A stretch of DNA of 64,000 nucleotides, taken from IMG/VR virus record IMGVR_UViG_3300036766_000185, positions 1 through 64,000 of that record. One strand, 5' to 3'. This stretch comes from a virus. Each line of letters opens with the position of its first letter. Positions within the stretch are counted from its first letter, which is position 1. Below are positions 1 through 10,054 of this stretch, in pieces. The translations under genes and the position numbers were made by a program. The notes below the pieces were generated by a model. That model was not told the DNA's origin and searched no databases. It saw only the letters and a list, made by a program, of their open reading frames with translations.

Positions 1-712
1 CGTTCGCCAATGAAGCATCGAGCGCGGGCGTTGCGGTATCAGCTAATGCGGATACCTTCTGTAACATAGCGTTGCCAAAGCTAACGCCTTTTGTTCCCTT
101 GCCCGTAATGGTTAGTCCTACATTTGTTTCTCCACTTGCTGTGAGACTAGGACTTCCACCCGTTGCCGCATTGGCGAGAGTGATTTCATTGACTGCTGAT
201 GCCGTCGCCGTTAACAGGAACAACTCGTTTCCGTTTGTATCCAAAATGCTCGTTACTAAGCGTGGGGAGATATTGAATACCAAGAGCGCTCCCGATGAAA
301 AGCCTGTCTCATCTGATGTAACTCCTGCCAATTCAGCCGAAGAAGTTGCAGCGAAAACACTAAGCTTGTTGGCGGTAACTGCTACCGTTCCAGTCGTGGG
401 AAGAGTAATAGATGACCCAGCAGCATTACCTATTAAAGTTACGTCTCCGGTTTGAATAGTTAAACTTTTCTTTAGAGCTAAAGTTCTGGCTCCATTGTCT
501 ACATCAATCGTTAATATTCTGCCAGCAGCCAGCATAGTGGAGGATACGGCTGCAAGAGTAACATCGTAGGCCGCCGAAGTATCTCTCAGACCAAAATTGG
601 TAATCGCTGTCAGAGCAAGCTTACTAGACGCGATAGCCGCTGCTGACGCTACATCTGCATCAACAATGCTATTATCTAAAATTTGCCCTGATCGTACATT
701 AGTTTGTGCCAT
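1..712 (-). CDS. Fibre-like virion protein, 3' end runs off the window
   Basis: Not in the ORF track. ATG at 712 follows a GAGGG RBS; my translation begins MAQTNVRSGQILDNSIVDADV and stays open to the window edge. Ala/Thr/Gly-rich; N-terminus resembles 770..1462 and 20453..21748. Confidence 0.75.
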   Translation of the reverse strand, partial: MAQTNVRSGQILDNSIVDADVASAAAIASSKLALTAITNFGLRDTSAAYDVTLAAVSSTMLAAGRILTIDVDNGARTLALKKSLTIQTGDVTLIGNAAGSSITLPTTGTVAVTANKLSVFAATSSAELAGVTSDETGFSSGALLVFNISPRLVTSILDTNGNELFLLTATASAVNEITLANAATGGSPSLTASGETNVGLTITGKGTKGVSFGNAMLQKVSALADTATPALDASLAN

Positions 713-726
713 GTTTTTGTCCCTCA

Positions 727-756
727 GGGCGGGGAGCTTAAAATTGCTCCCCGCCC
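727..756 (-). other. GC-rich intergenic hairpin (11-bp stem) without U-tract
   Basis: gggcggggagc-ttaaaatt-gctccccgccc between the stop of 770..1462 and the next RBS. Confidence 0.7.
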
Positions 757-769
757 ATCAGATATTTAA

Positions 770-1462
770 TTACTTGCGATAGTCCGCCAAGAGCATATCT
801 GTTGAAATTGGCGCACTTGTGAATGTAATCGTCAGAGTAGCAAGAGTGTAGTCATTCCCACCACCCTCAGTCAGACGAAGACCATTTTTGTACACATGTA
901 GACTACCAGCAGGACTCGGAGCAAACGCGAGGGTGTAAGTAACATCCACACCATCCAAGTCTCCACTCGGAACTTCATTATCAACGAAGTTACTGGTTGT
1001 GTAAAATCCCTGATCGACAATCAACCAGGCACGTTCGTCGGTAACTGATACAATATCACCGCTAGCGGTAACGACTGTTGCTAGTGGGACGCTCCCAGCA
1101 GTAAACCCTACGAGATTGGATGAAATGACTCCAGCGTTGTTCACTTCAACGTAGCTAGTGTCATCATCTGCTAACGTCAACGTATCCGCAGAAACGTGCG
1201 TAACAGTAGCATCATTACGAATCGTTCCAGCAGCAATATCCACGTCTAGCACTCCAGCATCCGTAACGCGCAGATCAGATAGCTTTGCAACAGTAACATT
1301 GCCATTAAGAATCTTAACGGTTGTTACTGAATCGCTGGCTAACTTCCCTGCGGTAACATTCGAATCTAGAATCTTAACTGTAGTAACCGAGTCGCTTGCC
1401 AAGTCTGCGGCCACGATAGTACCGTCAAGAATCTGAGCACTACGAATTTGTGTAGTTGCCAT
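770..1462 (-). CDS. Fibre/decoration-type virion protein
   Basis: Repeats of LASDSVTTVKIL; C-terminal domain NEVPSGDLDG...VYKNGL...DYT...ITF shared with 6301..6999 and 20453..21748. Confidence 0.7.
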   Translation of the reverse strand: MATTQIRSAQILDGTIVAADLASDSVTTVKILDSNVTAGKLASDSVTTVKILNGNVTVAKLSDLRVTDAGVLDVDIAAGTIRNDATVTHVSADTLTLADDDTSYVEVNNAGVISSNLVGFTAGSVPLATVVTASGDIVSVTDERAWLIVDQGFYTTSNFVDNEVPSGDLDGVDVTYTLAFAPSPAGSLHVYKNGLRLTEGGGNDYTLATLTITFTSAPISTDMLLADYRK

Positions 1463-1475
1463 TTATTGTCTCCTC

Positions 1476-1784
1476 TTACTTTCTATTTTTCTTTTCTTCA
1501 ATTTCAGAGATATTTTTCATTCCCGCCCCATGACACGTTGGGCATTGTGTATAGCCGTTGCGGAGATTGCTTTTGCAAGCACATTTTTCAAGTAGTCCGT
1601 CTTTCTCTAGTTCCGCAAACAGCTTTTGAAGCTTTGTATAAAACGAATCCATTACTACCTTCTTAAAATATTTGTATGCCTTTTGGTCTCTATCTAGTTT
1701 GTATTCTCCTAGGTCAAGAATAGTCTTCATTACATCAAGATAAGCTAGAAAGATTTGTTCTGCCAGATTCTTTTTCATTAGCAT
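1476..1784 (-). CDS. Hypothetical protein with C-terminal Cys cluster
   Basis: CACK...CPTCHG; tightly packed in operon. Confidence 0.6.
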   Translation of the reverse strand: MLMKKNLAEQIFLAYLDVMKTILDLGEYKLDRDQKAYKYFKKVVMDSFYTKLQKLFAELEKDGLLEKCACKSNLRNGYTQCPTCHGAGMKNISEIEEKKNRK

Positions 1785-2056
1785 CCTTCCTCCGATGAGT
1801 ATGGAGGTTCTGCTTCTTTTAACAAATCTTTAAATAAAGACTCCAAATCTGTTTTGCTTAGTTCCTCTAGATTTTTATTTCCGTGCAGAAAATAGTGTCC
1901 TACAATCTCTGTAAAAGCGGTCATTAATTTAACAAGAGGTTCATGTTTCTTCCATTTGACAACAATCGCTCGCTCATCGACGTTAGTATCTAGATCGTCA
2001 ATATATCTGATTACCAAATGATCTCCTACGATCTCTGCACGAGTAATTGATACCAT
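1778..2056 (-). CDS. Hypothetical protein
   Basis: ORF abutting neighbours in the minus-strand operon. Confidence 0.55.
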   Translation of the reverse strand: MVSITRAEIVGDHLVIRYIDDLDTNVDERAIVVKWKKHEPLVKLMTAFTEIVGHYFLHGNKNLEELSKTDLESLFKDLLKEAEPPYSSEEGC

Positions 2057-2057
2057 G

Positions 2058-2480
2058 TCAAGATCCCGCGCTTAATTTCGACACAAAATGTGCTACAACC
2101 TTGTGGCAGTGATGAACAAATTCATCTGCACTGAGTAGTCTCTTAGCGTAGTTGCAGTTGCGGCAACAGGAAACTACATTGTTCAATGTATACCCAATTG
2201 AGGAATCGATTCGGTCTAGCCCAACAACATTTAATTGCTCCCCACAGTAGTAACAGACTTGGTCTGCAAATGTGAGATATTGCTTAAGTGTAAGAGCAAA
2301 TGCGATTCCGCGCACTTTCGCTTGCGCTTTACATTGTCCATATCTACACCTGGGAGTGAGTCGCTGTTTTGCTCTCTGCGCCTTCCCTTTAAAACTACTC
2401 CTGTACTTCTTCTCCGCCCTACGATGCACGTCTGGATGAGCTTTCTGATATCGAGTAATCCAAGGCGGAGTTGGCATCAT
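2058..2480 (-). CDS. HNH-family homing endonuclease
   Basis: CYYCG...GLDRIDSSIGYTLNNVVSCCRNCNYAK motif. Confidence 0.85.
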   Translation of the reverse strand: MMPTPPWITRYQKAHPDVHRRAEKKYRSSFKGKAQRAKQRLTPRCRYGQCKAQAKVRGIAFALTLKQYLTFADQVCYYCGEQLNVVGLDRIDSSIGYTLNNVVSCCRNCNYAKRLLSADEFVHHCHKVVAHFVSKLSAGS

Positions 2481-3382
2481 TATACTCCTAGCTTTTTGTG
2501 TCTTTTAAGAATTTCGTGAGCCTGCAAATCTAAATATTTAATTAGACCCGCATACGGCATCTCTCCGTAATTCTTACTCACCCCATCCATGTTAATAGAA
2601 GTTGCACCAGATGATTGAAAGATACCCTTGTCTTTAAGCACGTAGATGGCAGCTAGCGACGCGGTGGCATCTGTTATCTCAAGCGGCAGACTGCCACGAT
2701 CAAGTCCTGTCAGATCGTCGGCTTTAGTGGGATCTGAGTACCCATACACATATCGTACACGAACATTTTGCGTTCCGCCAAGAAAACTGTAGTTCCAAAA
2801 CGGGACTGCTTGTCCCTCTAGGAACAAAATGCGCGGAGGGATCGTTAGAGTTCCTAGTGAAGTGTTTACGAAGAGATCAGACTTCCCGTACTGCGTCGTG
2901 CTATTACTAAAATTCGCTGTCTGATTCGCCTCCAGAGCATCTTGATTTTTAAATCCCAAGGCTACATCGTAAACATAGTCAATAGAAACTGGAATGTCAG
3001 CGCTTGTTAATGCAGCATTTTTCGGGTCAACTCCCCCGCCACGAGCCACTTTAATGCCAAGTCCATTGGTAGTAGAAACGTAGAACCAACGCTTGAATTG
3101 GTACCACTGAGCAGAAGGGATTAAATAAAGCGTAACGTTCAAGACCTCTCGAATTGGATAATGACGAAGATGAAGCATCTGAGTTCCAGTTCCGTTATAG
3201 AACTCCTCGGTCTCAGTAGCGTCAAAGTTCGCCCCGCACCCTGAGTCCACGTCCCGTTGAGACCAGGGAATATAATGAGAGGTTATCTTAGAAATAAGTG
3301 AATCTGGGATATCACTCACATCCAGACCGAGAAGCTTGGCTCGCACATCAGCCTCGGTACAATAGGGAAAGCTTAGCGCCAT
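2480..3382 (-). CDS. Head-tail connector / neck protein
   Basis: N-terminal YCTEADVR, ETEEFYNGTG...LRHYPI, VRVRYVYGY...LPLEI pattern of head-completion proteins; downstream of capsid gene. Confidence 0.65.
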   Translation of the reverse strand: MALSFPYCTEADVRAKLLGLDVSDIPDSLISKITSHYIPWSQRDVDSGCGANFDATETEEFYNGTGTQMLHLRHYPIREVLNVTLYLIPSAQWYQFKRWFYVSTTNGLGIKVARGGGVDPKNAALTSADIPVSIDYVYDVALGFKNQDALEANQTANFSNSTTQYGKSDLFVNTSLGTLTIPPRILFLEGQAVPFWNYSFLGGTQNVRVRYVYGYSDPTKADDLTGLDRGSLPLEITDATASLAAIYVLKDKGIFQSSGATSINMDGVSKNYGEMPYAGLIKYLDLQAHEILKRHKKLGV

Positions 3383-3383
3383 C

Positions 3384-3968
3384 TTATCTCTCCTTAATGC
3401 ATGAACACGTAGGACAGTGCTTCATATCTATAGATCTAACTCCCGCGGGCTGCACTTTGTGCCAAAGTTCTAGATTCTCGATTCGATTGTCAGAACGAAT
3501 TCCGTTCTGATGATGCACATTCTCGTGGGGCAAAAGAGGGCGTCCTAACTGTTGCTCCATCATCAACCTATGCAGGGGAACGTATTTGCCGTTTATTCTG
3601 GTCTTAATATATCCGTAACCCGTGTCCACCAGGCCGTTCCCAAGTGTCCGTTCTCTCCAATCTTGAGGAAGACTCTCAAGAGGTTTTAAGCTCTGCCCTT
3701 TACGTTGCTGTGTCCAATGCCCGTTGCATAATGTATGCGCGATGGCGGGCTTAGAGCACCCTACAAAGCTGCACGATCTTCCAGAGTTTATTCTCCAACT
3801 GTTAATAGGTTTTAACTCATGCCCCGCTCGCAATTGATAAGCATGCGCGGGACATAGCAGGTAGTGAGTTGCGGGTCTATTGCACTCCGGACCTGTGCAC
3901 GTCTTTCCTTTGTTGACGCATTTCTTTTTCACGTCGTTTTCAGTTGCGTATAAGTAACTCAGAGCCAT
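3384..3968 (-). CDS. HNH homing endonuclease with two N-terminal Cys/His modules
   Basis: [37 protein letters not shown]; ATG at 3968 follows GGAGG. Confidence 0.9.
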   Translation of the reverse strand: MALSYLYATENDVKKKCVNKGKTCTGPECNRPATHYLLCPAHAYQLRAGHELKPINSWRINSGRSCSFVGCSKPAIAHTLCNGHWTQQRKGQSLKPLESLPQDWRERTLGNGLVDTGYGYIKTRINGKYVPLHRLMMEQQLGRPLLPHENVHHQNGIRSDNRIENLELWHKVQPAGVRSIDMKHCPTCSCIKER

Positions 3969-4143
3969 TACGACTTTCCTCCGCAAGGATTAAACATTAA
4001 GTTACACTGATGTATAGGTGATATTGACTGTGATTTTCAGGGTGAAAGCTGAAGTCTTTGTAATTGCCTGTCCATCAATTCCATGCCAGAGCGGTAGATC
4101 TGTGCGCCCTGCATGATATTACCACACCCACACGGATTGAACA

Positions 4144-4509
4144 TTATTTCTTCACCAAAAGCCAAATGATTACATTGCGTCCGTTTGTGTCTACCGCCGT
4201 CAAAATGAATCTATATTTTAATCCTACAGGGACTTCCATTTCGCCATCGGGATTTGTAATGGTAATTTCTCGTTCCCCTGGTGGTAAATAAGCTGTCTCT
4301 GCAAATTGTCCAACAATCCCCACAGTAGGATGTACAATAAATAGTTCTCCGTAATCTCCGTAACTACAATCTTTTGTAATAAGAACTACTCCAATAGGTT
4401 TAGTTCCCCAGGCAAATGTTTTATCAATGGTTATAGTGCTTTCCCCTGGGAGAATTTGCGCGAGAAGCCCACTTACATAAAGTTGGTCTGAAAATCCAAT
4501 GATAGCCAT
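4144..4509 (-). CDS. Hypothetical protein (structural region)
   Basis: Start overlaps the stop of the upstream gene; beta-rich. Confidence 0.55.
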   Translation of the reverse strand: MAIIGFSDQLYVSGLLAQILPGESTITIDKTFAWGTKPIGVVLITKDCSYGDYGELFIVHPTVGIVGQFAETAYLPPGEREITITNPDGEMEVPVGLKYRFILTAVDTNGRNVIIWLLVKK

Positions 4510-6134
4510 TAGACTACCTCCGTCCAGTAAACTGTGATTACCGTATTACGATTATTGCTCAAAGGGTCGCCAGTTAGAAGCATTACATTACCTGGGTTGA
4601 TAACAAATAAAGCATCACCAATAACTTCGGTGCTATTCATGTTTTGTCCCGATTCATACCTAAAGAGGCTTGCCCCATTTGCTGTAATCGTCGGAGTCGT
4701 AAAGGTCTGAGAGATTGTCGCGGGATTTGAGGCTCCCCCAACATTTAGATTGACAGGGCTGATTGCTGTTCCATTTGCGGAGACCGTTGGGTTTGCAAAG
4801 ACTCTCCAAATACCTGAAACATTTGCTATCGTCAATCCGACATTGAGGCGAGTTATGCGAATTCGCTTTCCGCTTCCTATAGGATTCTTTAGTAGTAAAA
4901 CGGGATTAAAGGTTCCCGCCGTAGGGAGCGAAAAATCAAAAGCCAAACCAAAAGATTGTCCTAAATCAACGGCGGTAGCTGTGGATGACTGACTACTAAC
5001 TACGTTTACATCTAATGCTTGCTTTGTGCTAACAAGACTTGAGGTAATTGCATTTCCAGCACTATCAAAGAGTCCTCGAACTTGAGTTGTTAATTGTGTC
5101 TTAATTTGAGCCAGTGTTGCCTGAGTCGCAAAGTCCTTCCCCGCGAGTACCGCGAGAGTGGTCTGGGTGGCAAAGTCTTTTCCTGCAAGTGTCGCTAGGT
5201 TCCCGCCTTCTCTTGCTGGGTCGGCGGGGATTTTGTCTACGTCAGTCTTAATAAGAGCGAGTGTGGTTTCTGTTGCGAAATCTTTAGCCTCCAATGCCGC
5301 AAGTGTGGCTTCACTGGCTCTGGTGGAGAGCAACACATCTAGTTGGTCGCGCACCGATTGAACTTTCGCCTCTAGGTCATCAGTGTTGACTTCCAGGCTG
5401 TCGGTGTTATCAATAATCGACTGTAACTTGGCTTCTACGGTATCTAGTTCATCCTTGATTAAGGCAAGCGTGGTTTCTGTCGCAAAGTCCTCTGCCTCAA
5501 AGTCAGCCTTAATTGCAGCCAGGGTCGTTTCAGTGGAATAATCTTTGGCAATTAGTGTGTCTAGTTTCGCCTCAACCTCATCGACATTCAGGTTGATACT
5601 GTCCGCGTTCATGTTAATAGTATCCGCGTCCAGTCTAATTTCGGCGGTATTGGTAACAATGTCGTCGAGTTTAAGAAGGGCTGAATCTAAGTCTGCTTTT
5701 ACATCGAGTAGCGTCGCTTCAGTAGCAAAATCCTCAGCCGTGAACGTCGCTTCAGTAAGCAACGTCCCCAAAGTGGTTTCTGTGGCAAAGTCTTTACCTT
5801 CTAACGAAGACAACGTAGCTTCGGTGGCCAGCACGGACAGGTCTGTATCCAAATGTTGAAAGAGGGGTGTTAAATCTGCGCCTGTCTGTGCTGTCCCGCC
5901 CCATTTCTCTACATTCACGTCGGGGCTAACATTGATAACTGCATCTTCAACTACTAGCTCTGTATCAACCTTCAGGGCTAGTGTTCCGTCTCCTTGATCG
6001 GTTGATGCAATTGGTGCCCAGCCAATAATCTGTCCCGTACCATCAACTATAGGAAGACATAGACCTGCAAGTGATCGACCATTTCGATCAACGGGCAGAG
6101 CGGGAGGCTTGCTACCTGTTACGTCGTTAACCAT
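4509..6134 (-). CDS. Fibrous coiled-coil virion protein with DFATETTL repeats
   Basis: Many D(F/Y)(A/S)T(E/Q)(T/A)TL repeats; paralogue of 7002..8312; distinct beta-rich C-terminal domain. Confidence 0.7.
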   Translation of the reverse strand: MVNDVTGSKPPALPVDRNGRSLAGLCLPIVDGTGQIIGWAPIASTDQGDGTLALKVDTELVVEDAVINVSPDVNVEKWGGTAQTGADLTPLFQHLDTDLSVLATEATLSSLEGKDFATETTLGTLLTEATFTAEDFATEATLLDVKADLDSALLKLDDIVTNTAEIRLDADTINMNADSINLNVDEVEAKLDTLIAKDYSTETTLAAIKADFEAEDFATETTLALIKDELDTVEAKLQSIIDNTDSLEVNTDDLEAKVQSVRDQLDVLLSTRASEATLAALEAKDFATETTLALIKTDVDKIPADPAREGGNLATLAGKDFATQTTLAVLAGKDFATQATLAQIKTQLTTQVRGLFDSAGNAITSSLVSTKQALDVNVVSSQSSTATAVDLGQSFGLAFDFSLPTAGTFNPVLLLKNPIGSGKRIRITRLNVGLTIANVSGIWRVFANPTVSANGTAISPVNLNVGGASNPATISQTFTTPTITANGASLFRYESGQNMNSTEVIGDALFVINPGNVMLLTGDPLSNNRNTVITVYWTEVV

Positions 6135-6300
6135 CTAGCATGTCTCCATATTCGCTTTAGTTCCCATTTGATTTTACTCTTAAGCGGGAGCAAGGACCAA
6201 TGATGTGGGACAGAGCGCACTCGTCTAAAAACGAGATACGCGTGATTCCCGCGTTTGTTTCCGATTCGCACTCGCTTTTTCGTAAGGGATAAGATCATAT

Positions 6301-6999
6301 TTAGGCTTTAACGTATGTAACGCGAATCTTATCGCCAATTTCTGGGGGATCATTGAACGTAATCGTATCCGTAACGATAGTATAGTCTTCAGTTGCTCCA
6401 ACATCTTGGAGTAACCCGTTCACATAGACTTGCTCTGTTCCCACTTCTGGAGTATTCGCGAGCATAAACGTGTCGTTCATTCCATCTACATCTCCAGTCG
6501 GGGTCTCTCGAACAATATACTCAGAGACCAGAACAGTATTTCCTGGATCAGTTATTTCATCAAAGTATGCTAGCACATGATCAGTATTTGTGGTGTCCTT
6601 GAAATGAAGACGATCATCAGTTCCGGCCAATACCGCCCAAAGACCTGTGCTGTCTATATCATCAGGGTCAGTTGAATTGCCGAATTGCAAGATAGCTTTT
6701 GTTGTAGCACTCTCAAGAATACTTATCGAACCTGCAACAGCAATTCCCTGTAAGGCCAGGAGTAGCGTTTGTCGTGTGGTACTAAAATCACCATCAAGAG
6801 CCGTATTAGCCTCAAGAAAAAGAGCATCATCAGAACCACGTATACGCCATAGACCATCAGGCAACGCATAGTCTGTATTTCTAAAAATTACCGCAGGATG
6901 CTCTTTCTCAATACGAAGATTTGCCGTTGTTTTTCTCGGCAAAATATCTCCGTCAGTGTTAATTTTCCACTTAGAAGGCGGACTTCCTAAAATTGCCAT
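6301..6999 (-). CDS. Fibre-associated virion protein
   Basis: C-terminal RETPTGDVDG...VYVNGLLQ...DYT domain; middle region similar to 20453..21748. Confidence 0.65.
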   Translation of the reverse strand: MAILGSPPSKWKINTDGDILPRKTTANLRIEKEHPAVIFRNTDYALPDGLWRIRGSDDALFLEANTALDGDFSTTRQTLLLALQGIAVAGSISILESATTKAILQFGNSTDPDDIDSTGLWAVLAGTDDRLHFKDTTNTDHVLAYFDEITDPGNTVLVSEYIVRETPTGDVDGMNDTFMLANTPEVGTEQVYVNGLLQDVGATEDYTIVTDTITFNDPPEIGDKIRVTYVKA

Positions 7000-7001
7000 C
7001 G

Positions 7002-8312
7002 TTATCTCACCTCTACTACACGCACATCAATAGTTACTCCCGTCGGGGCGACTGCGTAAACAAATCCGTAGTATTTGTCAGAGCCAAATAACTGATTCCC
7101 AACAATTGGGATTCCCGTTGCAACTGTAACTGAGGGATCGAATCCAACATAGAGCGTATTAGTCGAATCTTCATGGACGATTATATACTCTTTTCTCGAC
7201 GCATCCGCCGAAAGAAGTAGAGTCGCGGGAGCAACAGAATCATCGACAGAAATTGCTGCTGGATAAGCCGCTCCAACGCGAGCTTCTTGAACTCTGACGT
7301 TAAAGTCAGCGTCAATTACATCGTTAATCTGATTTTTTAAAGCAGCGAGTGTCGTTTGTGTAGCAAAATCTACCGCCGCTAATGTATCAAGGTCGGATTT
7401 TATTGCATCTAGATTTCCGCCCGATTCTAGAGCGAGTGTTCCTAGCGTCGTTTCTGTGGCGTAATCCTTAGCAATCAATGTATCAAGTTTTGGCTCGATC
7501 TCATCAACTGCAGAAAGGATACTTGCTAGGGTTGTTTCGGTCGCAAAATCTGTTGCATTAAGAGTGTCAAGTTTGGATTTAATATCCTCCAACTTTGCCT
7601 CAACATCATCAACACTTGTTAGGACACTCGCCAAAGTAGTCTCTGTGGCGTAGTCCTTTGCGATGAGGGAATCAAGTTTAGTCTTGATATCCTCTAACTT
7701 GGATTCCAACTCATCCGTGTTGACTTCCAAGGTATCCGTGTTGTCAATGATGGACTGTAGTTTTGCTTCTACTGTGTCCAACTCATCTTTAATGTCAGAT
7801 AACGTAGATTCTGAAGCTCTTGTAGATAATGCTACATCGAGTGCCGCAAGAATAGAATCTAAGTCTGTTTTAACGTCGGATAGCGTGGCTTCCGTCGCAA
7901 CAGTGCTTAAATCAACATCTAAGTGTTGAAAGAGAGGTGTAAGGTCAGCACCTGTTTGCGCGGTTCCGCCCCACTTTTCCACATTAACATCTGTGAGGGG
8001 AGCCGCAGCCATGCTAACGTGAACTGTACCGTCTGGATCAGTTAACAAAAATGTGTCAGATTGAATGCCGTCGGTTGAACCAACTTTTAGATTTCCAATA
8101 TTCACTGTGTCAGCATTAAGAGTCAACTCAGTGTCAACTTTTAACTTAGCGGTTCCATTTCCAGCGTCCACCGCGGCTGCAGGAAGATATCCTAGAATCG
8201 TTCCACCATCTACGATGGGCAGCACTAATACAGAAGAAGCCCGTCCATTTTTATCATATGGAAAGGCCGCTATTTTCTTACCCTTATATTGTCCTGGATC
8301 CGTGATTGGCAT
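7002..8312 (-). CDS. Fibrous coiled-coil virion protein with DFATETTL repeats
   Basis: Shares LPIVDG...LKVDTEL and DVNVEKWGGTAQTGADLTPLFQHLD with 4509..6134. Confidence 0.7.
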   Translation of the reverse strand: MPITDPGQYKGKKIAAFPYDKNGRASSVLVLPIVDGGTILGYLPAAAVDAGNGTAKLKVDTELTLNADTVNIGNLKVGSTDGIQSDTFLLTDPDGTVHVSMAAAPLTDVNVEKWGGTAQTGADLTPLFQHLDVDLSTVATEATLSDVKTDLDSILAALDVALSTRASESTLSDIKDELDTVEAKLQSIIDNTDTLEVNTDELESKLEDIKTKLDSLIAKDYATETTLASVLTSVDDVEAKLEDIKSKLDTLNATDFATETTLASILSAVDEIEPKLDTLIAKDYATETTLGTLALESGGNLDAIKSDLDTLAAVDFATQTTLAALKNQINDVIDADFNVRVQEARVGAAYPAAISVDDSVAPATLLLSADASRKEYIIVHEDSTNTLYVGFDPSVTVATGIPIVGNQLFGSDKYYGFVYAVAPTGVTIDVRVVEVR

Positions 8313-8392
8313 TTCTTCTCCTTTTTGCGCAATCGTCCGCTTTGTAGAAGTGTATTTGTAGCTTGCGTTGTACAGTCAAGACTACGCACGAT

Positions 8393-8866
8393 CTACGCGG
8401 AAGTATTGGTATTCAATTTTACGAGCTTTACTTTAGGAACTATGTGAAAAACTCTCTTTATTTGATCAGAAAGACGACAAAATATACATGGTTTTGAAGC
8501 AAAATTGGCACTGGCATTAACACCGATTGCATCGCTACTCGTTCTAGATAATTCTAAGTTTTCGAGACGTTTTAATACGGTGTCTTTAGAATAATACTGA
8601 ATGTAATCTTTAAGCTTGCTTATCTTTCCAGGGTATTCAGACTCAGAAATCGGTTCATATCCTCGACTGACTAGCTCTTTCTTGATCTCATTGTCAAATA
8701 CCACAGTATATCCTCGATTAGACTTGGAAAGATGCTTTATATAAACATTCTTCCCATTAACAGAATCAGTTAGTCGTGTATATCCCTCAGGAGCGCGAAG
8801 AATCTGCATTATACCCTCGTGTTTGACATACCAAAAAATCCCGATTGATGGTCCACCCGTGCCCAT
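8393..8866 (-). CDS. Hypothetical protein, AT-rich, possible moron
   Basis: 157-aa ORF between capsid and fibre genes; looks more AT-rich than flanks; start uncertain. Confidence 0.45.
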   Translation of the reverse strand: MGTGGPSIGIFWYVKHEGIMQILRAPEGYTRLTDSVNGKNVYIKHLSKSNRGYTVVFDNEIKKELVSRGYEPISESEYPGKISKLKDYIQYYSKDTVLKRLENLELSRTSSDAIGVNASANFASKPCIFCRLSDQIKRVFHIVPKVKLVKLNTNTSA

Positions 8867-8897
8867 CGAGTCTTACGATTGTCTAAAGCTTTCATTG

Positions 8898-8943
8898 TTG
8901 AGTGGGGGAGTGGAGAGCTTGTTGCTCTCCACTCCGTCCTCAA
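8898..8943 (-). other. Long hairpin just downstream of the major capsid gene
   Basis: ggagtggagagc-ttgtt-gctctccactcc 12-bp perfect stem, extendable by ttgag/ctcaa; no U-tract on the sense strand. Confidence 0.7.
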
Positions 8944-8963
8944 TACAATTCTATAACTAAGTC

Positions 8964-9965
8964 TTACACTGGTTCGGTTAAACCCGCACCGGTAATCTTA
9001 GCCTGGAACGCCTCGCATGTGATTTGAAGAACAGTAAACTCAGCTACCAGCGTTCGGTAAGCGGACTGCAGAAGAGCCAAGTCAATAGCGCTCAGCGGCA
9101 TAAGGTCAACCATCTGAATTGCGTTGCCATCCTCAAGCACCGTCTTGTCATCGAGCACAAGAATAGATGCCTCGTCATCCCCATCTGGAGGAAGATAACG
9201 AGAACCGATAATGTCAACCGTACCGAATGGAGAAGTCCATCGAGTAACGCTGACACCGGCTGGAACATCAGCCATCGAACCAGCACCGGCCTGAAATAGG
9301 CGGTAGAACGAGCCAAGAACAAGCTCGCTGATTCGCTGCACTTCACGATAACCTGCAACCACACACTGAGGTTTGCCACCCTTGTTAACGATTTCTCGTT
9401 CTTGGTCAGTAATATCTGACAAAGAGAGTGCAACACCCATTAGATCTTTGGTGTTGGTGACGGTCTGCTTGAGCAAACCATCGTACTGCAAACCAGCACC
9501 GACAGAAGAATCGCCATTTATAATAGCCCATTCTTCCATCAAGGCCACGTTCAACATCTTGACCTTGATCTGATGCTTTTTAACGTCGGTGTAAGTCGCG
9601 CCTGCCATTTGGTCGAAGAACGTCACCGCAACCACATCACCAAGGCTCGTGTACGGAGCGCTTAGATATTTGTAGCTCGGAGTCGTTGCTCCCGGAAGAC
9701 CACCCTTCTCGAAGAACCCGTTAGCCGGATTCGTACCCAAGAAGAGACCTTCAGCAGCACTCGTCGGAACCAAACGATACCAAGAGTGGGCTTTGCCATT
9801 CCCTTGAATTCGGTTCAAACGGTTGCGCAGAGGGGTGTCCGTCGGGGCCATGATAGCCATCTCGGACTGTAGATCTTCTCTGACCAGCAGCAGACCAGAC
9901 ACGTCCACAGACGATATCGCCTTCTGGATGTCTTGAATGGCCTGATCAACTACTTGTGCATTCAT
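8964..9965 (-). CDS. Major capsid protein (HK97 fold)
   Basis: 333 aa; PTDTPLRNRL, EEWAIINGD, YDGL, SPFGTVDII; follows prohead protease; GGAG RBS. Confidence 0.85.
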   Translation of the reverse strand: MNAQVVDQAIQDIQKAISSVDVSGLLLVREDLQSEMAIMAPTDTPLRNRLNRIQGNGKAHSWYRLVPTSAAEGLFLGTNPANGFFEKGGLPGATTPSYKYLSAPYTSLGDVVAVTFFDQMAGATYTDVKKHQIKVKMLNVALMEEWAIINGDSSVGAGLQYDGLLKQTVTNTKDLMGVALSLSDITDQEREIVNKGGKPQCVVAGYREVQRISELVLGSFYRLFQAGAGSMADVPAGVSVTRWTSPFGTVDIIGSRYLPPDGDDEASILVLDDKTVLEDGNAIQMVDLMPLSAIDLALLQSAYRTLVAEFTVLQITCEAFQAKITGAGLTEPV

Positions 9966-10054
9966 GTTATTTTTATTTCTCCTTTTGTCTTACGTTAACT
10001 GGGCGTTATCTTAGGCCCATTTTGTGATTACTATTTTCTTGCCTCTTATTTAAA

